The notes: a model not told the origin generated them from the letters alone. DNA of 64,000 nt from Candidatus Sysuimicrobiota bacterium (GCA_040289515.1 PSLI01000001.1:1-64000), one strand, 5' to 3'; counted from the stretch's first letter, positions 8,853 to 18,861 are shown. Numbers and translations are program-made.

Positions 8853-9305
8853 ATGAGCCTGGTGGTGGAACCGGCCAAGCCGCAGGACGAGGCGGAGATC
8901 CGGCAGCTGGTGCAGTCGGTGCTGAGTGAGGTCGGCCTGCCGTACGATGCGGCGGTGGCTGAGGAGCTCACCAACCTGGAGGAGCACTTCCCCCAGCCCC
9001 GGTCGGTGTTCTTCGTGGCGCGGCTGGATGGCCGCATCGTGGGTACCATCGCGGCGAAGGAGGCGGGCAAGGGGCGGGCGGTGCTGAAGCACCAGTACGT
9101 GCACGCGGACTACCGCCGCCGCGGGATCGGGGCCAAGCTCCTGGACGCCGCCCTGGTGTACTGGCGGGTGTGCGGGTACGGGGAGGTGGAGCTGCAGACC
9201 GCTCCCTGGATGCAACAGGCCCAGCGCCTGTACCGCTCCCGCGGGTTCCGGGAAATCCACCGGGGCGAGCAGGCGGTACGCTACTGCCTGGTACTGGCTC
9301 CCTGA
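8853..9305 (+). CDS. GNAT family N-acetyltransferase
   Basis: YVHADYRRRGIGAKLL acetyl-CoA motif, AQRLYRSRGF. An in-frame CTG at 8808 after AAGGAG is an alternative start. Confidence 0.85.
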   Translation: MSLVVEPAKPQDEAEIRQLVQSVLSEVGLPYDAAVAEELTNLEEHFPQPRSVFFVARLDGRIVGTIAAKEAGKGRAVLKHQYVHADYRRRGIGAKLLDAALVYWRVCGYGEVELQTAPWMQQAQRLYRSRGFREIHRGEQAVRYCLVLAP

Positions 9306-9306
9306 C

Positions 9307-10230
9307 GTGGGGTGCTCTTCCGCCGACGCCTCCGAGGTTCTGGAGCGCATCGCTCAGGAGATCCGGTCCTGCACGCGCTGCCCCCTGCACGAGGGTCGCA
9401 CGCACGCGGTGCCGGGCGAGGGTCCACCGGGAGCGCCGCTGCTGTTTGTGGGGGAGGGGCCGGGGGCTGAGGAGGACCAGCAGGGCCGCCCCTTCGTGGG
9501 AGCTGCGGGGCGCCTGCTGGACCGGCTGCTGGCCAGCATCCGGATCCCGCGGGAGCGGGTATTCATCACCAACACGGTGCGCTGTCGGCCCCCCGGCAAC
9601 CGGGAACCGCACCCGGAGGAGATCGCCAGCTGCCTGCCGTACCTAGTGCGCCAGATGAGCGTTCTGCAGCCCCGGGTGGTGTGCCTGCTGGGTGCCACGG
9701 CCACCCGGGCGCTGCTGGGCACCCGCGAGAAGCTGAGCGAGGTACGGGGCCGGGCGCTGCGGGAGGCGGGTCGGTGGTGGTTCGCCACGTACCACCCCGC
9801 CGCGGCGCTGCGCAGCGCGTCCCTGGCGGGCACCCTGCAGGAGGACTTCCGGCGGCTGCGCTGGCTGGTGGACGTGGAGTGGGGCACCGTGGACCCGCAG
9901 GCCTGGAAGCCCGGCACCCTGAACAAGCTTTTCTCCGAGGGCTCGCCCACGGAGCCCGTGCTGCTGGAGGGAACGGAGGTGCTGCGGGTGAGCTGGGAGG
10001 TAAAAGGCGTGCACCCCGTCTTCCGCACAGAGTCGGCGCTGGGGGAGCTGGTGCGGCGGTTCGTACTGCGCAAGCGCTGGGCTGGTCCCGATGCTGTGGT
10101 GGAGGTGGTGCGCCTGCACACTACGGATGGCCAGGGCCGGCCCGTGGCCCCGGAGAGCCCCGGGTGCGCGCACCTGCACGCGGAGGTTCGTGTGCGAAAA
10201 ACCAGCTCTGGGGGTGCGCCGGGATTTTAA
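9307..10230 (+). CDS. udg: Family 4 uracil-DNA glycosylase (Fe-S) with extra C-terminal domain
   Basis: CTRCPL, VGEGPGAEED..GRPFVG, CRPPGNR, TYHPAAALR, then about 115 extra residues. Confidence 0.9.
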   Translation: MGCSSADASEVLERIAQEIRSCTRCPLHEGRTHAVPGEGPPGAPLLFVGEGPGAEEDQQGRPFVGAAGRLLDRLLASIRIPRERVFITNTVRCRPPGNREPHPEEIASCLPYLVRQMSVLQPRVVCLLGATATRALLGTREKLSEVRGRALREAGRWWFATYHPAAALRSASLAGTLQEDFRRLRWLVDVEWGTVDPQAWKPGTLNKLFSEGSPTEPVLLEGTEVLRVSWEVKGVHPVFRTESALGELVRRFVLRKRWAGPDAVVEVVRLHTTDGQGRPVAPESPGCAHLHAEVRVRKTSSGGAPGF

Positions 10231-10248
10231 GCCCAGCGCACCCCGGCC

Positions 10249-11115
10249 TCAGCCCGCCGCGCGCTCCAGCGCCCGCAGCAGCCCACGCCTGGTGTACACC
10301 ACCGCCAGATGGCGCTTGTACTCCGCGGACGCGTACAGGTCGTCCGTGGCCTCCAGGCCGTCACCGGCCAGCTTGCTGGCCTCGGCCACCGCGGCCTCGT
10401 CCAGCCGCTTGCCCGTCAGGGCCGCCTCCACCTTTGCCAGCCGCACGGCCTTGGGCCCCACCCCGGTGACCGCCACCCGTGCTTCCCGGCACACCCCGCC
10501 ATCTACGGTGACCAGGCACGCCACGCCCAGCAGGGAGTAGCCCGAAGCGGGGTGCGGCAGCTTGGTGTACGACCAGCCCTGGCCTTTGGCCTGCACCGGC
10601 ACCCGCACCCGGCACAGCACCTCGTCCGGCCCCAGGGCCGTGGTCAGCAGGTCCACAAACCACTGGGAGGCTGGGATGGTTCTGCGGCCGGCAGGCCCCT
10701 CCACCTCCATCTGTGCTTCCAGGGCCAGGACCGCGGCCGGGTAGTCCGCCGCAGGATCCGCGTGCGCCAGGTTGCCCCCAAAGGTGCCCCGGTTACGGAC
10801 CTGCACGTCTCCGATCTGCGCGGCGCAGTCCGCCAGCAAGGGCACCCGCTCCCGCACCAGGGGGCTCGTGGCCACCTCGTCGTGCGTGGTGAGGGCGCCG
10901 ATCACCAGGGCACCGTTCTCCTCCCGGATCCCCCGCAGCTCGTCTACGGGGCCGAGGTCGATGAGCAACTCAGGCTGGCTCAGGCGCAGCTTCATGAGGG
11001 GCAGGAGGCTGTGCCCGCCCGCCAGCAGCTTCGCCCGGCTCCCGTGCTGCTGCAGCAGGGAGATGGCTTCGCGGACACTGTGGACCCGCACGTACTCGAA
11101 GGGCGCGGGGATCAT
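10249..11115 (-). CDS. coxM: Molybdenum hydroxylase FAD-binding medium subunit (CoxM/CutM-like)
   Basis: MIPAPFEY, LAGGHSLLPLMKLR, QVRNRGTFGGNLAHADPAAD. ATGA overlap with the large subunit. Confidence 0.92.
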   Translation of the reverse strand: MIPAPFEYVRVHSVREAISLLQQHGSRAKLLAGGHSLLPLMKLRLSQPELLIDLGPVDELRGIREENGALVIGALTTHDEVATSPLVRERVPLLADCAAQIGDVQVRNRGTFGGNLAHADPAADYPAAVLALEAQMEVEGPAGRRTIPASQWFVDLLTTALGPDEVLCRVRVPVQAKGQGWSYTKLPHPASGYSLLGVACLVTVDGGVCREARVAVTGVGPKAVRLAKVEAALTGKRLDEAAVAEASKLAGDGLEATDDLYASAEYKRHLAVVYTRRGLLRALERAAG

Positions 11116-13472
11116 GCGGCACCTCCTTTCGCCTGTTGGATGCCCCGCCACACCCGTTCCGGCAGCAGGGGCATGTCCACGTGCCGGATCCCGAAGGGGC
11201 TGAGGGCGTCCAGGACCGCGTTCACCACGCACGGCGTGGCGGCGATGGTGCCCGTTTCGCCCACGCCCTTCACACCCAGGGGGTTCACGGGGGTGGGTGT
11301 CTCCGTGCGGTCGCACTCGAAGCGGGGCAACCACGCGGCCTTGGGCACCGCGTACTCCGCCATACTGCCCGTCAGCAGGTTGCCCGCCTCGTCGTACCGG
11401 GCGAACTCCCACAGGGCCTGGGCGATGCCCTGCACGATGCCCCCGTGGACCTGGCCGTCCACGATCAGGGGGTTGATCACCCGGCCGCAGTCGTCCACCG
11501 CCACGTAGCGGAGGAGCTTCACCTGACCGGTTTCAGGGTCCACCTCCACCACACACGCGTGCGTGCCGAAGGGAAACACGAAGTTGGAGGGGTCCCAGTT
11601 GGCCTGGCCCTCCAAGCCCGGCTCCATCCCCTCGGGCAGGTTCCAGGCGAGGTAGGCCTGCAGGGCCACCTCCTGGATGGTCATGCCGCGGTCCGGTGCG
11701 CCCCGCACGTGAAAGCGCCCGGCTTCAAACACCAGGTCGTCCACGCTCACCTCCAGCTGGTGCGCGGCGATGCGCTGCGCCTTCTCCTTCACCTTCTGGG
11801 CCGCCAGGTACACCGCGGTGCCGCCCACTGCCGTCGTGCGGCTGCCGTAGGTACCCCAGCCCATGAGGATGCTGTCCGTGTCCCCGTGCAGTACCTCCAC
11901 GTCGTCCAACGACACGCCCAGCTCCTGCGCCACGATCTGTGCGAACGTGGTCTCCTCCCCCTGGCCGTGAGGGCTGGTGCCCGTGAACACCGTCACCTTG
12001 CCGGTGGGGGAGAACCGCACCACCGCGCTCTCCCACAGGCCGCCCGCGAAGCCTGTGGAGCCCACTACCTTGGACGGACCTGCCCCGCAGATCTCCACGT
12101 ACGTGGAAAGCCCCACGCCCAGGTAGCGGCCCTGCTGCCGCGCCGCGGCCTGCTCCCCCCGCACCTTGGGATACTCCAGGATCTGCAGGGCCCGGTCCAA
12201 AGCCCGGGCGTAGTCCCCGCTGTCGTAGGTGATCCCCGTGGCCACGGTGGCCGGGAACTGTTCCCTGGGGATGAGGTTGCGTCGCCGGATCTCCGCGGGG
12301 TCCATGCCCAGCTCCCGCGCCGCCAGGTCCATCATCCGTTCCAGCACGTAGGTGGCCTCCGGCCGCCCGGCCCCGCGGTAGGCGTCCGTGGGCGTGGTGT
12401 TGGTGAACACACCCGTGACCTCGCACTCGATGTTGGGGATGCGGTAAGGGCCCGACAGGATCAGCCCGTACAGGATGGTGGGGATGGCGGGAGCCGCGGT
12501 AGACAGGTATGCGCCGAAGTTGGCCAGGGTGCGCACCCGAAGGCCCACCACGGTTCCGTCGGGACGGACGGCCATCTCCGCCTCCGTGAGGTGATCGCGG
12601 CCGTGGATGGTGCTCAGGTAGTTCTCCCGGCGGGTCTCCGCCCACTTTACGGGGCGGGCCAGGCGCACCGCGAGGTGCGCCACCACCGCCTCCTCCGGAT
12701 AGACGGGGATCTTGCTCCCGAACCCGCCTCCCACTTCCGGAGCGATCACCCGCAGCTTGTGCTCGGGGAACTTCAGGACCCCGGACAGGATCACCCGCGC
12801 GATGTGGGGGTTCTGGCTGGTAACCCACAGGGTGAGCTCCCCGGTGCCGGGGTTGTACTGCGCCACGGCGGCGCGTGCCTCCATGGCGTTGGGGATAAGG
12901 CGCTGGTTCACCAGGCGCTGCCGGATCACCCGCACCCCGGGCTCCCGGGCCGCGGCCTCGAAGTCTCCCCCCTTCACCGACCACAGGAGCACGCGGTTGT
13001 TGGGCACGTCCTCGTGGACCAAGGTGGCGGAGCCCAGGGCCTGCTGCATGTCCACCACCGCGGGCAGCACCTCGTAGTCCACCTCCACCAGGGAGGCGGC
13101 GTCGTACGCCTGGGCCCGGGTCTCGGCCACCACCACCGCCACCGCGTCCCCCACGTGCCGCACCTTGTCCCTGGCCAGGGCAGGGTGGGGCGGGATCTTC
13201 AGGTCGCAGTTGGGCACCTGCCAGCCGCACGGGATGGGGTTCACCCTGCCTTCCAGGTCCTGGGCGGTGAACACCCCCAGCACCCCCGGCGTGGATCGAG
13301 CCCGGCTGACATCGATGTGCCGGATCCGGGCGTGGGCGTGAGGGCTGCGCACGAACGCCGCATAGCACAGGCCGGGAAGGACGACGTCGTCCGTGTACAT
13401 GGCGGTCCCGCGGATCAGGCGGGGATCCTCCCGGCGCCGCACCCGTGCTCCGAACACCTGTGTCACCGCCAT
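11112..13472 (-). CDS. coxL: Molybdenum hydroxylase large subunit, form II CoxL/aldehyde oxidoreductase type
   Basis: RREDPRL, VGGGFGSK, AYRGAGRPEA (form II), GTYGSR, KGVGETG. Confidence 0.92.
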   Translation of the reverse strand: MAVTQVFGARVRRREDPRLIRGTAMYTDDVVLPGLCYAAFVRSPHAHARIRHIDVSRARSTPGVLGVFTAQDLEGRVNPIPCGWQVPNCDLKIPPHPALARDKVRHVGDAVAVVVAETRAQAYDAASLVEVDYEVLPAVVDMQQALGSATLVHEDVPNNRVLLWSVKGGDFEAAAREPGVRVIRQRLVNQRLIPNAMEARAAVAQYNPGTGELTLWVTSQNPHIARVILSGVLKFPEHKLRVIAPEVGGGFGSKIPVYPEEAVVAHLAVRLARPVKWAETRRENYLSTIHGRDHLTEAEMAVRPDGTVVGLRVRTLANFGAYLSTAAPAIPTILYGLILSGPYRIPNIECEVTGVFTNTTPTDAYRGAGRPEATYVLERMMDLAARELGMDPAEIRRRNLIPREQFPATVATGITYDSGDYARALDRALQILEYPKVRGEQAAARQQGRYLGVGLSTYVEICGAGPSKVVGSTGFAGGLWESAVVRFSPTGKVTVFTGTSPHGQGEETTFAQIVAQELGVSLDDVEVLHGDTDSILMGWGTYGSRTTAVGGTAVYLAAQKVKEKAQRIAAHQLEVSVDDLVFEAGRFHVRGAPDRGMTIQEVALQAYLAWNLPEGMEPGLEGQANWDPSNFVFPFGTHACVVEVDPETGQVKLLRYVAVDDCGRVINPLIVDGQVHGGIVQGIAQALWEFARYDEAGNLLTGSMAEYAVPKAAWLPRFECDRTETPTPVNPLGVKGVGETGTIAATPCVVNAVLDALSPFGIRHVDMPLLPERVWRGIQQAKGGAA

Positions 13473-13474
13473 GG

Positions 13475-13966
13475 CTAGTCACCTCCCGCAGGCGCGCCCA
13501 CCGCCGCACCCATGGCGCGGGCGGCGGCCTTGACCGCGTTTACGATGTGCTGGTAGCCGGTGCACCGGCACAGATTCCCCTCCAGGGCGTGCCGGATCTC
13601 CTCCTCCGTGGGGTTGGGTTTCCGCTGCAGCAGGTCCAGGGCCGCCAGCATCATGCCGGGGGTACAGAACCCGCACTGCAGTCCGTGTTCGTCCCAGAAG
13701 GCCTGCTGGATGGGGTGCAGCTCCCCATCCCGGGCCAGGCCCTCCACGGTGGTGATCTGAGCGCCCTCTGCCTGCACGGCCAGCACCGTGCAGGACTTGA
13801 CGGCCTTGCCGTTCAAAAGCACCGTGCACGCCCCGCAGCTGCTGGTGTCGCACCCCACGTGGGTCCCCGTGAGGCCCAGGTGTTCCCGCAGGAAGTACAC
13901 CAGCAGGGTCCGGGGCTCTACGTCGCGCGTGTACGACACGCTGTTCACGGTCATGGTCACCCTCAC
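13475..13966 (-). CDS. coxS: Molybdenum hydroxylase 2Fe-2S small subunit
   Basis: [28 protein letters not shown]. Confidence 0.94.
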   Translation of the reverse strand: MRVTMTVNSVSYTRDVEPRTLLVYFLREHLGLTGTHVGCDTSSCGACTVLLNGKAVKSCTVLAVQAEGAQITTVEGLARDGELHPIQQAFWDEHGLQCGFCTPGMMLAALDLLQRKPNPTEEEIRHALEGNLCRCTGYQHIVNAVKAAARAMGAAVGAPAGGD

Positions 13967-14159
13967 GCCACTTCACCTCCTCCCGGAAGAAAGTCTTGCG
14001 TGCGCTGTGGGCTTGGCCTTCCCACCCCCTCCGGCGCGCGGAATGTGGCGCCACCTGCGTGAGACGGTAGGTGGACTTCTGTGGTGGGGAGGGGTTTCCC
14101 TTCCGGTCATGTGTTCGCACGGCAGGCGCGCGCCCCCCGCGGCGCGAAGCTAGCGAGGT

Positions 14160-14687
14160 GTGAGCGTGCGCAGGCGGACGTGGCTCCTGATCCTGCTCGG
14201 GGCGTGTACGGCCCTGATCGTATGGGCCCTATGGGCCTTCCGGCCCCGCGCGCAGCCGGCCCTGGTGTACTTCGTGCGGTGGGATCCGGCCACGAACGCG
14301 GGCCAGCTGGTTCCGGGTTTGCGGTGGGTCTACGGCCGGACTCGGTCGGACTGGGTGGCGGCAGCGGTGCGGGAGCTGTTGAGGGGCCCCAACCCAAAGG
14401 AGCGGGCGCTGGGCTATAGCTCGGAGATTCCACCGGGCACGCGGCTGCTCGGGGTGCGGATCCGGGGTCAGACCGCGTACGTCAATTTGTCCCGCCCGTT
14501 CGAGTCAGGCGGGGGAAGCGCGAGCATGCTGGCCCGCCTGTACCAGGTGGTGTACACCGTCACCCACTTCCCGGGCGTGCAGGAGGTGCGCATCGAGATC
14601 GAGGGCCAGCTGCGGGACTCCCTGGGTGGGGAGGGGCTCCTGGTGGACCTACCCGTGCGACGCCCACCCTCGGCGCCCCGCTTCTAG
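14160..14687 (+). CDS. GerMN domain membrane-anchored protein
   Basis: N-terminal TM helix, LLRGP, SEIPPGT, AYVNLS..FESGGGS, QVVYT. Confidence 0.85.
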   Translation: MSVRRRTWLLILLGACTALIVWALWAFRPRAQPALVYFVRWDPATNAGQLVPGLRWVYGRTRSDWVAAAVRELLRGPNPKERALGYSSEIPPGTRLLGVRIRGQTAYVNLSRPFESGGGSASMLARLYQVVYTVTHFPGVQEVRIEIEGQLRDSLGGEGLLVDLPVRRPPSAPRF

Positions 14688-14722
14688 CTGTCGTATCCTG
14701 GGAAAGCAGGCTGCAGGGGAGG

Positions 14723-16384
14723 ATGGACGTGGACCAGGAAGAGCTGGAGCGGATCCGAAGAGCCCGCAGGCAGTGGGAGCAGGAGCGGGTGGGCGCGGAG
14801 CGCAAGGCAGGTTTCCACACCCCGGGTGGGATCCCCCTGCAGCGGCTGTACACCCCGGAGCACATCGCGGGGTTGGACTACCTGCAGGATCTGGGCTTCC
14901 CCGGGGAGTTCCCGTACACCCGGGGCGTTTATCCCACCATGTATCGGGGCCGGCTGTGGACCATGCGGCAGTACGCGGGCTACGGCACCGCGGAGGAGAC
15001 CAACCGGCGTTTCCGGTTCCTCCTGGAACAGGGCCAGACTGGGCTCAGCGTGGCCTTCGACCTGCCCACCCAGATGGGCTACGACTCCGATCATCCGGCG
15101 GCCGAAGCCGAGGTGGGACGGGTGGGGGTGGCGGTGGACTCCCTAGCGGACATGGAGGTGCTGTTCGACGGGCTGCCCCTGGACCGGGTTTCGGTGTCCA
15201 TGACTATCAACGCCACCGCGCCCATCCTGCTGGCCATGCTGATGGCGGTGGCGGACCGGCAGGGAGTACCGTGGAACCTCCTCGACGGGACCACCCAGAA
15301 CGACATCCTGAAGGAGTACGTGGCGCGCGGCACCTACATTTTCCCCCCCGCGCCGTCCTTGCGCCTAGTGTGCGACCTGGTGGAGTTCTGCGTGCAACAG
15401 CTGCCCCGCTGGAACCCCATCTCCATCTCCGGCTACCACATCCGGGAGGCGGGTGCCACCGCGGTGCAGGAGGTGGCCTTCACCTTCGGCAACGCCCTGG
15501 CGTACGTCCAGGCCCTGCTGGCGCGCGGTCTGGCGGTGGACCAGTTCGCCCCGCGCCTGTCCTTCTTCTTCAACGCGCATTTGCACCTGTTTGAGGAGGT
15601 GGCCAAGTTCCGCGCAGCCCGCAGGCTGTGGGCCCGCCTGATGCGGGATCGCTTCGGCGCCCGGGACCCGCGGTCGTGGGCCCTGCGGTTCCACGCGCAG
15701 ACCGCGGGGGTGGCCCTGCAGGCGCGGGAGCCCGACAACAACGTGGTGCGGGTGACCGTGCAGGCCCTAGCCGCTATCCTGGGGGGTGCCCAGTCCTTGC
15801 ACACCAACGCCCGGGACGAGGCTTTGGCCCTGCCCACGGAGCAGGCGGCTTTGCTGGCCCTGCGCACCCAGCAGGTGCTGGCCTTCGAGACGGGAGTGGC
15901 GGACGTGGCCGATCCCCTCGGGGGCTCGTACCTGGTGGAGTGGCTCACGAACCATATCGAGTCCGCGGCGCGGGCGTACCTGGACCGGCTGGAGGCCATG
16001 GGCGGCATGCTGGAGGCCATCGAGACCGGCTGGGTACAGCGGGAGATTGCGGAGGCCGCGTACCGCGAGCAGCTGCGGATCGAGTCGGGGGAGCAGGTGA
16101 TCGTGGGGGTCAACCGGTTCGTGACGGAAAGCGCGCCCATTCCGGTCCTCAGGGTGGATCCGCACGTGGCGAAGCGGCAGAAGCAGCGCCTGCGGGAGGT
16201 GCGGGCTCGCCGCAACGGGCGCGAGGTCGCCGAAGCCCTGCGGGAGCTAAAAGGGGCGGCCGCAGGCGGCCGCAATCTGCTGCCCCACCTGTACCGCTGC
16301 GTGCGGGCGTACGCCACCGTGGGAGAGATCTGCGACGTCCTGCGGGAGGTATTCGGCGTTCACCGGCCCGCGGTGGCGGTCTAG
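14723..16384 (+). CDS. mcmA: Methylmalonyl-CoA mutase, substrate-binding (large) subunit
   Basis: [45 protein letters not shown]. No B12-binding domain. Confidence 0.93.
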   Translation: MDVDQEELERIRRARRQWEQERVGAERKAGFHTPGGIPLQRLYTPEHIAGLDYLQDLGFPGEFPYTRGVYPTMYRGRLWTMRQYAGYGTAEETNRRFRFLLEQGQTGLSVAFDLPTQMGYDSDHPAAEAEVGRVGVAVDSLADMEVLFDGLPLDRVSVSMTINATAPILLAMLMAVADRQGVPWNLLDGTTQNDILKEYVARGTYIFPPAPSLRLVCDLVEFCVQQLPRWNPISISGYHIREAGATAVQEVAFTFGNALAYVQALLARGLAVDQFAPRLSFFFNAHLHLFEEVAKFRAARRLWARLMRDRFGARDPRSWALRFHAQTAGVALQAREPDNNVVRVTVQALAAILGGAQSLHTNARDEALALPTEQAALLALRTQQVLAFETGVADVADPLGGSYLVEWLTNHIESAARAYLDRLEAMGGMLEAIETGWVQREIAEAAYREQLRIESGEQVIVGVNRFVTESAPIPVLRVDPHVAKRQKQRLREVRARRNGREVAEALRELKGAAAGGRNLLPHLYRCVRAYATVGEICDVLREVFGVHRPAVAV

Positions 16385-16392
16385 GGGGAGCC

Positions 16393-17337
16393 TTGGACGT
16401 ACGGTCTTTGGCCCAGCGGGTGGTGGAGGGTGACCACGCGGCCACCGCTCGGGCCATCTCCCTGGTGGAGGACGGTCACCCGCTGGGCGCGGAGCTGCTG
16501 CGGGAGCTTCTGCCCCACACGGGAAACGCGTACGTGGTAGGGCTCACCGGACCCCCCGGCGCCGGCAAGTCCACCCTCGCGGACGAACTCACACGTGCCT
16601 GGCGGCGGCGGGGCGAGCGGGTGGGGATCCTCGCGGTGGACCCCACGAGCCCCTTCAGCGGGGGCGCGCTGCTGGGGGACCGCATCCGACTGGTGGAGCA
16701 CAGCTCGGACCCCCACGTGTTCGTGCGCTCCCTGGCCACCCGAGGCGCTCCGGGCGGGCTCAGCGCCGCCACGGGCGACGCGATCCGTATTCTGGACGCC
16801 ATGGGCTGCGGGGTGGTGCTGGTGGAGACGGTGGGCGCTGGGCAGGCGGAGGTGGACGTGATGACGGCCGCGGACACCGTGGTGGTGGTGGTGGTGCCGG
16901 GGCTGGGAGACACCGTCCAGACCCTGAAAGCGGGCATCCTGGAGATCGCGGACGTGTTCGCGGTGAACAAGGCAGACCACCCCCACGCACACCGCACCGT
17001 GGCAGAACTGCAGGCCATGCTACGCCTGGTCCCCGCGGTAGAGTGGGAGCCTCCCGTGGTGCGCACGGTGGCCACCACCGGCCAGGGCGTGGAGGACCTT
17101 CTGGCGGCTATCCAGCGCCACCGGGCACACCAGGAGTCGGCCGGCCGGCTGCAGCAGCGCCGGAGGGGCCGGGTGCGGGCGGAGGTGCTGAGGGCAGCAG
17201 AAGGCTGGGTGCGGGACCAGCTGCTCACCCGGGCATCCGGGGACCTGGAGGAGGTGGTCGCCCAGGTGCAGGCGGGGAGGCTCACTGCCCGGCAAGCAGC
17301 CCGCCTCCTGCTGGAGCGGGTGGGGGTGCGCTGGTGA
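16393..17337 (+). CDS. meaB: Methylmalonyl-CoA mutase-associated GTPase
   Basis: GPPGAGKST, AVDPTSPFSGGALLGDRIR, VETVGAGQ, NKAD. TTG start after GGGGAG. Confidence 0.94.
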   Translation: MDVRSLAQRVVEGDHAATARAISLVEDGHPLGAELLRELLPHTGNAYVVGLTGPPGAGKSTLADELTRAWRRRGERVGILAVDPTSPFSGGALLGDRIRLVEHSSDPHVFVRSLATRGAPGGLSAATGDAIRILDAMGCGVVLVETVGAGQAEVDVMTAADTVVVVVVPGLGDTVQTLKAGILEIADVFAVNKADHPHAHRTVAELQAMLRLVPAVEWEPPVVRTVATTGQGVEDLLAAIQRHRAHQESAGRLQQRRRGRVRAEVLRAAEGWVRDQLLTRASGDLEEVVAQVQAGRLTARQAARLLLERVGVRW

Positions 17338-17732
17338 GGGACGTGCGCTTGGACCACGTGGCGGTGGCCGTCCGGGACCTGGAGGCGGCGCTGAAGGCGC
17401 TGGAAGGCCTCGGTCTGCGCTGCACGCATGTGGAGGAGGTTTCCAGTGAACACGTGCGGACCGCCTTCCTGCCCGCGGGGGACGCTGCCGTCGAGCTGCT
17501 GCAGCCGACCTCGCAGGAGGGCGCGGTGGCCCGGTTTTTGGCATCGCGGGAGGGCGTGCACCACGTGGCTTTCCGCGTCGCGGACCTGGAGGACGCGTTG
17601 CGAAAGGCCACCCGCGCAGGTCTCGTGGTGATCCCTCCAGCGCCCCGACCGGGCGCCCGCAACTCCTGGGTAGCCTTCCTGCATCCCAAGTCCACCTTTG
17701 GCGTCCTCATCGAGCTGGTCGAGCGCCCCTAG
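17334..17732 (+). CDS. mce: Methylmalonyl-CoA epimerase
   Basis: LDHVAVAV, VELLQP, EGVHHVAF, FLHPKSTFGVLIEL. Operon context fits. Confidence 0.93.
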   Translation: MRDVRLDHVAVAVRDLEAALKALEGLGLRCTHVEEVSSEHVRTAFLPAGDAAVELLQPTSQEGAVARFLASREGVHHVAFRVADLEDALRKATRAGLVVIPPAPRPGARNSWVAFLHPKSTFGVLIELVERP

Positions 17733-17853
17733 CACAACCCGAGCGAGGGTTGCATTGACAGGGATTTATCCCGTAAACTCGCGGCGGGCGCATAAACCCA
17801 AATCAATAGACGCTTACCCGCTCCGTGCTACGCTGCTGCAGGAGGAGGCTGCA

Positions 17854-18861
17854 TTGAAGGTGGTGCGCGCGCGGCGGGTTACCATGGCCGCCGCGGCTGT
17901 GGTACTGGCAAGCCTCACGAGCGCCGTGGCCCAGCCCGGCTCGGCCGTGCAGGTGGAGCTGGTTTATGACGGCCGCAGCGAGACCGTGGCCACCGCTGCT
18001 CGTACTGTGGCCGAGCTGCTGGCCGAACGGGGGGTAACGCTGGGGCCCTTCGACCGGGTGGTACCTTCGCCGGACTCACCCCTGCAGGACGGTCTGCGGG
18101 TCACCGTCTTCCGTGCCGTTCCCGTGCGGGTCACCGCGGACGGCGCCACCCGGGAGGTGCGCGTGGTGGGCCGGACTGTGGCGGACGCGTTGGCACGCGC
18201 GGGGGTCACCCTGGGGCGTTTGGACCGAGTGTACCCGGACCTGTGGGAGGAGCTGACCCCAGGACAGGAGGTCCGGGTGGTACGGGTGCGGCAGGAGACC
18301 CAAACCCTCCAGGTGGCGGTGCCGCACCGCACGGTACAGCGCGTGGTGGCGGGCATCTGGTCGCAGCCTCCCAGGGTGTTGGTGCAGGGCCAGGACGGGC
18401 TGGTCGAACACATGATCCGCCTCACCTACGAGGACGGGAGGCTCGTACAGCAGGAGCGGGTTTCCACCCGGGTGATCCGGCAGGGCCGACCGCGCGTGGT
18501 GCGCGTGGTCCGCCCGTATGTGCCCTCCCGGGGCGAGCTGGCCCGGCGCCCGTCCCTGCTCGTGGTGGCCACTGCGTACGCGCCCTACCACGGCCGCGGG
18601 GTGGATGGGGTGACAGCTATGGGACTTCCCGCACGGCGGGGCGTGGTGGCCGTGGACCCTCGGCTGATCCCCCTCGGCTCGGTGCTGTACGTGGAGGGCT
18701 ACGGGGTGGCACTTTCCGCGGACACCGGCGGTGCCATTCGGGGGCGCCGTATCGATGTGTGCTTCGACACGCCCCGGGAGGCCTACCGGTGGGGCCGTCG
18801 GGTGGTGCGGGTCTACCTGCTGCGCAGGCCCGCTGAGCCGCTGGTGCCCACGTCTGAGTGA
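17854..18861 (+). CDS. YabE-like cell-wall protein (DUF348 repeats, G5, 3D domain)
   Basis: Signal peptide, two TVAELL/TVADAL ubiquitin-like repeats, G5, then ATAY...VAVDPRLIPLGS...ADTGGAIRG.RID. TTG start after GGAGGAGG. Confidence 0.9.
   Translation: MKVVRARRVTMAAAAVVLASLTSAVAQPGSAVQVELVYDGRSETVATAARTVAELLAERGVTLGPFDRVVPSPDSPLQDGLRVTVFRAVPVRVTADGATREVRVVGRTVADALARAGVTLGRLDRVYPDLWEELTPGQEVRVVRVRQETQTLQVAVPHRTVQRVVAGIWSQPPRVLVQGQDGLVEHMIRLTYEDGRLVQQERVSTRVIRQGRPRVVRVVRPYVPSRGELARRPSLLVVATAYAPYHGRGVDGVTAMGLPARRGVVAVDPRLIPLGSVLYVEGYGVALSADTGGAIRGRRIDVCFDTPREAYRWGRRVVRVYLLRRPAEPLVPTSE

Noticed and set aside
11112..13472. True aerobic CO dehydrogenase
   Set aside because: The motif is AYRGAGR rather than AYXCSFR, the gene order is SLM, and accessory genes are absent.
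11136..13478. 780-aa plus-strand ORF and many other long overlapping ORFs (e.g. 2820-4616, 44433-46610, 50268-52118)
   Set aside because: Shadow frames of real genes in high-GC DNA. Their composition is low-complexity and they show no family motifs.
17733..17853. c-di-AMP (ydaO) riboswitch before the YabE-like gene, and TTGACA at 17755
   Set aside because: The ydaO consensus is absent. Only a short CAACCC/GGGTTG hairpin and a GGGAT/ATCCC palindrome are present, and the TTGACA has no -10 at proper spacing.
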